Below are positions 23,801 through 29,429 of a stretch of 31,587 nt of DNA, piece after piece. The notes under the pieces are model-generated. The model did not search any database, was not told the DNA's origin, and saw only the letters and a program-made list of their open reading frames with translations. Made by a program: the position numbers and the translations under genes. The stretch covers positions 1 through 31,587 of the IMG/VR virus record IMGVR_UViG_3300047669_002593. One strand, written 5' to 3'. The stretch is from a virus (taxonomy: Duplodnaviria > Caudoviricetes). Every line of letters starts with the position of its first letter. The stretch's first letter is position 1.

Positions 23801-26800
23801 GTGGTGATGGTCGCTTTAATCCATATGGACCTGTTTTGGCCTATGACCAAGTAACGATGTTCGGCTTAAAGCCTGGCGAGGACTCCTATACCGTATTTTT
23901 AACCAACGAAAACGTAACCTTTAAAGCAAACGAAAAAGGAGAAATTTCCAATTCGGAGTTTGAGCTAGGAGCTACAGAGGCGAAATTTTTCCACGGACTA
24001 CAAGAATACAGCTACGGATATGTCGGACAAGCTAATACATTTGGCCTTAGTACTTCGTCCCCTGAACAAGGAGGGGCCCTCTTCAGTATCAATGGAGGAA
24101 AGGCAACTCCTACAAGTGTAACCCCCGACAATGGCACTGGTTTTGCAACTTTTACGTTTTTTGACAACACTTCCGATCTTACGTTTGAAAAGAAATATAC
24201 TTACACTGTAGTCTCTGAAGCTAGCGGCTCTAGAACCGCCTCCTTTGAGACTGCGACTCAGGCGTTTTCCTATAATCAAACTGGATCTCTTGATCCTGAT
24301 ACACAAAGTACGAAAATAACTGGTTCAGTTTTAGGTTTTACTGGGGTGCCGTATTATGATTTCATAACACCAACTGGAAGCATCTTGGGAACCTCAACTA
24401 ATACTTTTGAGTATTACCCCGCAGGGGGAGGAGGGAGAGTTCACGGAACGAACTTTGATACGATGCCAGAACTTATCAAGATGAATGTCAGGGACGGATC
24501 TCCTGATGGTAAGGTGCTTGCTCAAGACCTCCTTACTATGTTTGGGGTTAAGCCAGGAGAAGACTCCTATACCGTATTTTTAACTAACGAGACTCATGCT
24601 TTCCCAGCTAATTCAGCGGGAGTTGTAGCGCCGTCAGATTTACCATTTGGATCCACAGAGACGAGGTTTCTTAAGGGGAAGGTTCCATATAGCTATGGAA
24701 CGGGCCCGAATACTTACACTATTTCAAATGTTGAATTGCATAACATCGCCTTTTCTCCCGCAGACGGAACTGCCGCTGGCACTAATAGAAAGTTTACTCC
24801 AAGCTCTATAACTTCAAACATAGGCTCTGGGGTTTTTACGTTTAAGGATAATGCCAATAACCTAACTTTTGATAAGGCTTACACTTTTACAAAATCGTTG
24901 GATGGGGCAAGCGGAGAAGATGGAAAAACTGGGATGTCCCCAGTCTACAGAGGGAACTGGAAAAATGCTGAATCTTATTATGGAGACCCAGCTGGGAGGA
25001 GGGGGGATGTTGTCTACTATACGGGGACAGATTCGTATTACATAGCCGAACTTAGCCATACTAGCAGTGAACCTCCAAGCGCAGATAAAAGACCTAGCGC
25101 CTCAAGTATATACTGGAATCAATTTGGCGCAACATTCGATAGCGTCGCAACTGACCTACTATTATCTAAAGACGTTTTCGTCACCAACGAGCTCGTAATG
25201 GGAGAGTATGACGCGAATAATCCGAGCCAAGGAGATGGCGGAACATTTAGAAGCGCAAACAAAAAAGAATTCGGAAGGGGTACAGGGTACTTTTTTAAGC
25301 ATGGGGGACATAAAGATTATGAAGCTTATGTTGGAGGAACGTTTACTGGCGAACAAGATGTATATGGACTAACTACAGGATCTTATGTTGGGATAGGATT
25401 TAGCGGTTATGGTCAGCCTGGAGAATCCGATGATCCGAGCGTGGGTTCGAATGGCGGCCATTATAATTATGATTTATCCTATGCGTGGGCGAATTATGTT
25501 TTAGGGGGAAAGAAATCGGTTGGAGCGTTTGGGGCTGGACTCAGTTTATTTGATTGGGGCAGAACTCATTATTGGAGTTATTATAACGAATATAATCAGG
25601 GCGTTTCTAGATATATGCCCTTACATACTGGGGTTAAATTTGACATAGGGCATGATCATATATCTGAACACATGACCTTGTTTGATGGCATCTCTGGGGC
25701 TCTCAGGAAAGATTCGTATATTCGCTATGACGGAGCCAGGGGGAAGGTTGAAATAAAAGGAGCTTTTCAAAACAACTCTATTCAGGATTCGTCTATTGGG
25801 AGCAATATTACACAACTCCTTGAAAACAATTCTGATCCATTGGCTACGTTTATTGGCGGAGGATACAATAACGAAATTCTAATGACCCAGGACGGGCTTG
25901 GTTATGATAGCGTAGGCTCTTCGATTGTTGGCGGCGGATCAGGGGTTATCCAAGGAAGGTTCTCTTTAATTGGTAATGGATTTGGAAATGAATGTTACGA
26001 TAACTTTTCGGTAATTGGAGGAGGGCTTTATAATACTATGCCCGCGAAAACCCCAAGTAATGAAGGGGGGAATTTCATTGGGGCAGGATCTTATAACTCA
26101 ATAAGCGGGGCAAGTTTCTCTTCTATCATTGCGGGGACAGCTAATTCCATACAAAGGTCTAACAGCTCTTCCATTGGAGGCGGAAATAATAATTTTATTA
26201 TCGGCGAGTCTGGCTCTGTCCGATTTGATGAAGATAATAGCCCTATGGGGCATAGGTTCCTTGGGCATTTTGGCGCTAAGGAAAGCTTGGGGGTTAGTAG
26301 TGAAGCTCCTGGCTGGGTAACGGGAATGTGGTTTCCCGCTTCTGGCAGTCGGGCTGGGGTTCAAAATTGGGGAAATGATATGTGGGCTGGAAACCAACTA
26401 AGGGGATTGGCTTCATCTGCATGGGCCTACCATTCGGACTTTAGCTGGATCTATATTGCTGAAAATACTTTTACTGGACAGGCTTATTCAACTTCCGCAA
26501 TGAACGGTATGACGATTTGGTTACAAGATCCAGTTGCGACGTCCCCCGATGCAGGCCCAGGGTGGTGGCACTTTTATAGAGAATCAGGGATATTTAATGG
26601 CTTAACCCCATCTCACTCACATTGGGTTTTCGAACACCCCTCATACGCCCCAGCGCAAAACTGTAATACGGGAGAAGGGGTACTTGCTTATTCCTATGGG
26701 GAAGAAAAGTATTATGCCCTACAGGCGGGGTCTGATGGTAAAGTTTATTGGAATGACCCGCTATCTCCATACCCCAAGAACAACTGGCAAGTATTCTGTA

Positions 26801-26805
26801 ACTAA
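17821..26805 (+). CDS. Giant tail fibre / C-terminal continuation of J (FN3-like domains, CBM5/12-like motifs, three tandem repeats, Gly-rich repeats, Trp-rich tip)
   Basis: FN3-like FNVRVFAVSDIGIRS and PGAPSG..LKW..DLSHYELW..YFWVRAVDQAGNKGPF. J-type ASIGTAHIQNAAITNLKI..ADKITAG. Repeated W....Y..GD.V.Y motifs and IGGG.NN repeats. Confidence 0.82.
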   Translation: MENMQTSIGIGFDVNDVKSSYEVIGTSDNYSFQEKLGRGGSLVLSEGERFEKAISLKGNYGYFNVRVFAVSDIGIRSSFIESGIHINPPQFDDTFTFSKLEISNLPKNPTVGSAIANLPERENNILSVSSEYVGSEVQFNWELTPPPGHSREGTSLSDQLLSDDLFDKFSLELKNEGTGTLGNLNECQSLVSYLKTQDISGAFSSYKNFSLLLDEQCFHELNIDRAFSLKVVAHDVFGNTSTGVITGTNYKPVINTFSSSVIDSIAVFQWGLFDTDSAGVYVGQLGLPYGASLYDPKSLNKSLDHLKSLQGAEAFSEMRTYESGEVALYYENVYKASGDFDGAGVFNLADWDNLGPPIEYHHQTYHQDSDEIALEQNWGWSYCYAFQPEDGYGRGEVHNLMQDGNIATGSTLGQFRSTLTIADLRFSESADSFAFNWKVKDDSDNTIDLNRYRFLTDKSAGIAPRVLGLSGSLFDADTNLFLSGLTQGTTQDYKRNTLNIDSFEYKRELNNLLYGTEGWPGVPQAWSSAESYSSGDLVLADTLYDIWSATSGVDSDVSPYVSPTYSSWKSSGNYTYQSSPLYYDVVSQGGSLYAPTGTGSKYVMGPLGNNVSGVYNELLDYVSGDKVICPLFVNIYSSGEEYAVGDKVLYEGNMYKCGVTHDPIDPVSPGGIYPLYVGVVKDWWWADPFRDAYSDVYLCTGANGTGSVNHLSLPSTGYRHWHWEVPETSSGWVKIIDAYPLSAKEWSDKVAYTAGDFVSYSNDIWSGSKYSGPMFANGAQPPSEGSLYWDNEPYGNDITTSHQKGNKAYFYNSVYTALSDNPTGSPMKPIQGHWGVDSQWMPYWEQVQLNSNVVYKHLAIPQSGKRSVGFEIGIIDRDGKLISSEKITADNPAPAIQQEGFSVNSLEEAEKVKFNFKYAFGHREKVTKVELYRSSSDSDLSILDSNGLPGSGAPTFVQSYFGGAERDFGQNITQITDTPPITNIQGEDQIVSNYYKILPYDDFGSGYEFDVSEWLVSIGESPGVLCYPKTLNNKDPSVPPGPILRLASGDMPGAPSGFSGSSSFENYFLKWSIPPVHPHLSPERQPNDLSHYELWSTSKGAAGNDAQDYLYFQSEASKLTHYSNTGYRRILGDVSSVGLVPNTQVDASEGITNATNILNVDASSPYVNISVKGSSNEKRYFWVRAVDQAGNKGPFTGSANLVGSDVLGLDAGTLGQVKTTDVADFEQNITKTFPNTLALVPTNPFENEDPNSNSISWPQHFLYQDGDGYVVSAGNTDDSYVYWNSTGDNVVALTSSQSGELGLLPSQTINSSNPLRNIVWSGRYDSIDRHPAGNNAQASVLGENNFIIARNSNGLAVPMWHAFANASIGTAHIQNAAITNLKIHTMTADKITAGEIHSEDVQIGGTGQIRSAGFEGLSAPVGQQGFALSGDGSFIFAGDTGRLYFDNGVLTIEGIIREKDGRPFTMTTVRAEPSMFKYTPAGVADGPSYIDIYAQFQNVDAHLVENDIKWAIEGGPTLNPFSLGFSDSPSVGQEISGFTYEGYNATSMEAHATLTLTGFNAMISGLPPSSSRSDSVTVYVSGFETRAIHAVTVYKNEDGEAGVTANINAGTQAFAYGTNPADGLIGPASVEVTGESFKSFGDIYYQFYVTGGEVQNSNSDTTITYTPPTGFNQMPEKIELIIRDGATNGPILAKDAFTMYGVKAGEDAYSVFLTNEAHTFPANENGDVLSSNLSDGSTEIRFFRGDDQYTYSNGGSAANTYSVASNTNGITLSSATVDNQLKLTPTDVTSSKGSVDFTITDNKYGDSFDKSYTFSVSSVGSGARSVALASSSQAFSYSMQSLTRAEPTGLLDPDDQYQTVTATAEGFTGTPYYIFSTGFSGDMEASHRGPWRSHWLPHHTYYPQKLFDDMPETLEARAYDGIQWTGTLLWDGDRSLSPDDVFHFYNSNMNPHSTSWDSDLGHYVGEGTGWMYQNPYPTLKNPLIPYYSLWNAAGGDGRFNPYGPVLAYDQVTMFGLKPGEDSYTVFLTNENVTFKANEKGEISNSEFELGATEAKFFHGLQEYSYGYVGQANTFGLSTSSPEQGGALFSINGGKATPTSVTPDNGTGFATFTFFDNTSDLTFEKKYTYTVVSEASGSRTASFETATQAFSYNQTGSLDPDTQSTKITGSVLGFTGVPYYDFITPTGSILGTSTNTFEYYPAGGGGRVHGTNFDTMPELIKMNVRDGSPDGKVLAQDLLTMFGVKPGEDSYTVFLTNETHAFPANSAGVVAPSDLPFGSTETRFLKGKVPYSYGTGPNTYTISNVELHNIAFSPADGTAAGTNRKFTPSSITSNIGSGVFTFKDNANNLTFDKAYTFTKSLDGASGEDGKTGMSPVYRGNWKNAESYYGDPAGRRGDVVYYTGTDSYYIAELSHTSSEPPSADKRPSASSIYWNQFGATFDSVATDLLLSKDVFVTNELVMGEYDANNPSQGDGGTFRSANKKEFGRGTGYFFKHGGHKDYEAYVGGTFTGEQDVYGLTTGSYVGIGFSGYGQPGESDDPSVGSNGGHYNYDLSYAWANYVLGGKKSVGAFGAGLSLFDWGRTHYWSYYNEYNQGVSRYMPLHTGVKFDIGHDHISEHMTLFDGISGALRKDSYIRYDGARGKVEIKGAFQNNSIQDSSIGSNITQLLENNSDPLATFIGGGYNNEILMTQDGLGYDSVGSSIVGGGSGVIQGRFSLIGNGFGNECYDNFSVIGGGLYNTMPAKTPSNEGGNFIGAGSYNSISGASFSSIIAGTANSIQRSNSSSIGGGNNNFIIGESGSVRFDEDNSPMGHRFLGHFGAKESLGVSSEAPGWVTGMWFPASGSRAGVQNWGNDMWAGNQLRGLASSAWAYHSDFSWIYIAENTFTGQAYSTSAMNGMTIWLQDPVATSPDAGPGWWHFYRESGIFNGLTPSHSHWVFEHPSYAPAQNCNTGEGVLAYSYGEEKYYALQAGSDGKVYWNDPLSPYPKNNWQVFCN
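19393..20352 (+). repeat. Cluster of about six CBM5/12 (ChtBD3)-like motifs in the fibre
   Basis: AWSSAESYSSGDLV, SWKSSGNY..YDVV, YNELLDYVSGDKV, YSSGEEYAVGDKVLYEGNMYKC, WSDKVAYTAGDFVSY, HQKGNKAYFYNSVYTA. Further copies occur near 18763 and 24946. Confidence 0.7.
22633..24906 (+). repeat. Three tandem protein repeats (about 213, 309 and 226 aa) in the fibre
   Basis: Each unit reads QAF.Y...F..MPE...DG..G..LA.D..TM.G.K.GED.Y.VFLTNE...F.AN..G...TE..F..G...F.K.YT. An identical 23-mer GACTCCTATACCGTATTTTTAAC occurs at 23881 and 24562, and CTCAGGCGTTTTCCTAT at 23315 and 24257. Confidence 0.92.
25846..26205 (+). repeat. Gly/Ser/Asn-rich short repeats, probable trimeric beta-solenoid
   Basis: TFIGGGYNN, SSIVGGGSG, SLIGNGFGN, SVIGGGLYN, NFIGAGSYN, SIIAGTAN, SSIGGGNNN. 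Confidence 0.75.
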
Positions 26806-26817
26806 AGTGTAATATAT
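26804..26817 (+). promoter_or_regulatory. Candidate late-promoter motif AAAGTGTA plus AT-rich tail
   Basis: AAAGTGTAATATAT occupies the 15-nt gap before the S74 gene and matches the motif at 11869. Confidence 0.3.
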
Positions 26818-26820
26818 TGT

Positions 26821-27396
26821 ATGAGCGAAAATCCTACATTCATTGGTATAGACCAAGGCCCCTTTGGTGATTATTATAACGATACCAACGCTATATTGTG
26901 CGGACAAGACAACACTATTGAAGGCTGCCAAAGATCCACCATCATTGGCGCTAATAATTATTTGAGCGGGACATATAACTGTCATGTTATTGGTGATTAT
27001 ATAGGCACGATTTATCCCGCAACAAGCAACGCTCTTCATGTTGCTACCCAGAATGGGTTATTTTGTTATGGGGACGTTGTGTCGTTTTCTGCATCGGATG
27101 AAAGACTAAAGGATGATATATCTCCAATCAAGGACCCCTTAAGCAAGGTAACATCCTTGGACGCTATAGAGTTCAGGTGGAACTCGAAACAAGAGACTCA
27201 CAAGGGTCGGGATATAGGTCTCGTAGCTCAGCAGGTCGAATCTATTGCTCCAGAAATCGTATCCGAAAGAATGGATGGGTATAAGGGAGTCAAATATGAA
27301 AAGGTGGTGCCTCTACTGGTTGGGGCAATCAAGGAACAGCAGAAAATAATAGAGTCTCTGGAGGGAAGAATAGAAGACTTGGAATCTATTCGTTAA
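26821..27396 (+). CDS. Short tail-fibre protein with peptidase S74 intramolecular chaperone
   Basis: GDVVSFSASDERLKDDI, FRWN, DIGLVAQQVE..PEIV, GVKYEKVVPLLVGAIKE, and a terminal coiled coil. Confidence 0.9.
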   Translation: MSENPTFIGIDQGPFGDYYNDTNAILCGQDNTIEGCQRSTIIGANNYLSGTYNCHVIGDYIGTIYPATSNALHVATQNGLFCYGDVVSFSASDERLKDDISPIKDPLSKVTSLDAIEFRWNSKQETHKGRDIGLVAQQVESIAPEIVSERMDGYKGVKYEKVVPLLVGAIKEQQKIIESLEGRIEDLESIR

Positions 27397-28264
27397 TTAA
27401 TTTCATTAATACCCTAGATTCTATTGCGGGGATATCCGAAAAATCATTCCACTCCTTAACTGCTGGATTTTGATATTTATTTGATTTCCACCAATCCCTT
27501 AGCACGACCTTAAACTCTTCAAAGTTGGAACAATTTAATTTTTCTTTAGACGCAGTCAGGAGCATGCCTTCTGGGGTTAGTGCCGCCCCAGTTGTAACTC
27601 CAGAAAAGTTGCTCTTTGAATTTGATTTGTCTATTTCGTCGTCTCCGACAATGTGGACGTTTAAAAAATTCCTGACGCACCTTACGAAGGCTCGATTGCA
27701 TGCAATAGTTTCTAGGAACTTTGTTGCGAAACTACTAGTGTTATTTAGGGTTGCATTTGCGACGTCTTGAAACGCAATGGTTCTGCTTCCTGTTTCATAA
27801 TTTGCTGTGAAGCAGATGGTGCAAGTGACCGCAACGTGATCGCTTTCGCATTTTTCCATGTTATAGCTAACCGATGAAAATCCGCGCAATCGTGCGAGCT
27901 CTTTGATTCCTCCAAGTTTAATTAGTAATTGGTGGTCTTTTAGTCCCTCTATGGAGTTTGGCACGTCCTTCTTCCGCCCTTCAAACCAGGAGCGATTTGG
28001 GAATAATTGATCATCCTTGATCATAGCCCTCCAGTTGACAGATCCGTCTTCGTTGAAAATATAGCTTGCATTAACTAATAGCCCGTACTGGTCTCGCCTA
28101 TACTTTTGGGGACCCTCTAGGTTGGGGTTGTCTGCGACCTCCGCTTCTTTTACCCATGGAACTTTCGTTAAGGAGTCGCCCTCTCCGTTGGCGACTGCTT
28201 CAATTGTGACGCTATTATCCGACGAGCTCTCGCTCTTGTTTTTGCTCCCTTTTGGTCTTCCCAT
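27386..28264 (-). CDS. Hypothetical protein, possible Rad52/Sak-like ssDNA-annealing protein with AT-hook-like N-terminus
   Basis: N-terminal GRPKGSKNK. The core GIKELA..V.CTI..FQDVANA..ETIACNRAFVRCVRNFLNV..DDEI resembles the MA.TRA..RA.R..L....EE pattern of phage annealing proteins. The function is tentative. Confidence 0.5.
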   Translation of the reverse strand: MGRPKGSKNKSESSSDNSVTIEAVANGEGDSLTKVPWVKEAEVADNPNLEGPQKYRRDQYGLLVNASYIFNEDGSVNWRAMIKDDQLFPNRSWFEGRKKDVPNSIEGLKDHQLLIKLGGIKELARLRGFSSVSYNMEKCESDHVAVTCTICFTANYETGSRTIAFQDVANATLNNTSSFATKFLETIACNRAFVRCVRNFLNVHIVGDDEIDKSNSKSNFSGVTTGAALTPEGMLLTASKEKLNCSNFEEFKVVLRDWWKSNKYQNPAVKEWNDFSDIPAIESRVLMKLINE

Positions 28265-29429
28265 TTTTCTCTTCTTTGTTGTAAAGTTTTAGTGTGTTGA
28301 TCTCTTCCCAGAATTCTGGACAATCGATAATCTTCTCATCTGTTGTTTGGGGTATGTTTCTAAGCCACGCGGCCTTACTTGAGTACTTTTGTCCACCTGA
28401 GTATAATGTTCTTGAATTTTTATACCTTGTATTGTCGCATATTTCGATGCAGTTGTCAAGATCTTTTTTTGTTTCATTTTTGATGAGCGCAATATTCCAG
28501 TCAAAAAGGTGTAGTCTAATGTCTTTGATTTTATCCTCATCTTTCGAGAAGATTTGAGTTTTGATCCCAGCCCTGTTCAGGACCTTGAGGTATGTTGGGT
28601 TTGTGTCCATGGATGCTTCGTAGTTGATTTGAATAATATTACTCTTTATCATTTGCAGATATTTAATTTGCATAGGCTCCTTTAGGAAAATGTTTACCTT
28701 TCTGCCGTAACCCCATCTCGCTATGTTCTGTTCGTCAAGGCATTCGTTTCCTAATATATTGACTGGTTGACCGCCGAGGAAATCAAGAGGCATAACGAAA
28801 TTTGGGACAATCGCGACAGAGGGGAGGTGGTACTCTTTCCCTATGTGCAATGTTTTAGGTAGGGGGGTTTTGGGGGGACTTTTTAATAGTTTGAGCACTG
28901 CCCCCGCTATGTCTTCTGGTTTAATCTGATTTACGGATTTAGGGTTTTCTTCTGAAGAAAACGAAGGTTTTGTTTTTGACCTGTTTGGCTCTAGTAGGAT
29001 TTGTTGGGACTTGTCTCCCCAGTAGGGTCCACAGCACTCCTTGAAGAGGACGCTGTACAGCGCCACGATTTTCTTATTGAATCCGCTCGCCACGTGGACG
29101 CCGAAGGAGTCGTTTCCCAAGTGTAATGTTGAGTTCTGTATCAAATAGCAGACTTGTTTTAGGTTGGTTGCTCCATTATAGTGGATGCATCCATTTATCC
29201 TTCTATCTTCCTCCCCTCCAATTTGTATGATGTCTATACCTTGTTCGTTGAGGTTGGGAAGGAGGAGATCTACTACGTCGTTATAGTAGTCGTAGTTCTT
29301 GGACGCCATTCCGCTGCTAGCGTGAAGGGTAATGTACTTATCTGACGGAACTGGATAAAAACAAGTCTCTATAGATGGTTGATCTATTTTAACTCCGCAA
29401 GAGAGAGCGTACTGTTCAATTAGGTGCAT
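28215..29429 (-). CDS. Glycosyltransferase family 9-like protein (C-terminal GT-B half plus unknown domain)
   Basis: YITLHASS..KNY, IIQIGG, LKQVCYLIQNSTLHLGNDSFGVHVASGFNKKIVALY matches the heptosyltransferase DSG..H.A motif region. Confidence 0.82.
   Translation of the reverse strand: MHLIEQYALSCGVKIDQPSIETCFYPVPSDKYITLHASSGMASKNYDYYNDVVDLLLPNLNEQGIDIIQIGGEEDRRINGCIHYNGATNLKQVCYLIQNSTLHLGNDSFGVHVASGFNKKIVALYSVLFKECCGPYWGDKSQQILLEPNRSKTKPSFSSEENPKSVNQIKPEDIAGAVLKLLKSPPKTPLPKTLHIGKEYHLPSVAIVPNFVMPLDFLGGQPVNILGNECLDEQNIARWGYGRKVNIFLKEPMQIKYLQMIKSNIIQINYEASMDTNPTYLKVLNRAGIKTQIFSKDEDKIKDIRLHLFDWNIALIKNETKKDLDNCIEICDNTRYKNSRTLYSGGQKYSSKAAWLRNIPQTTDEKIIDCPEFWEEINTLKLYNKEEKNGKTKREQKQERELVG

Noticed and set aside
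23881-24584. 23-nt direct repeat as a CRISPR or DGR template/variable repeat
   Set aside because: Only two exact copies, both in frame within protein repeats. There is no spacer pattern, no adenine-specific mismatch series and no reverse transcriptase in the window.
24901-24935. Collagen-like Gly-X-Y segment
   Set aside because: Only about three triplets (GASGEDGKTG), which is too short and a common fibre linker.
55-27039. Many short antisense and alternate-frame ORFs
   Set aside because: They lie within long genes with recognisable motifs and show no motifs of their own.
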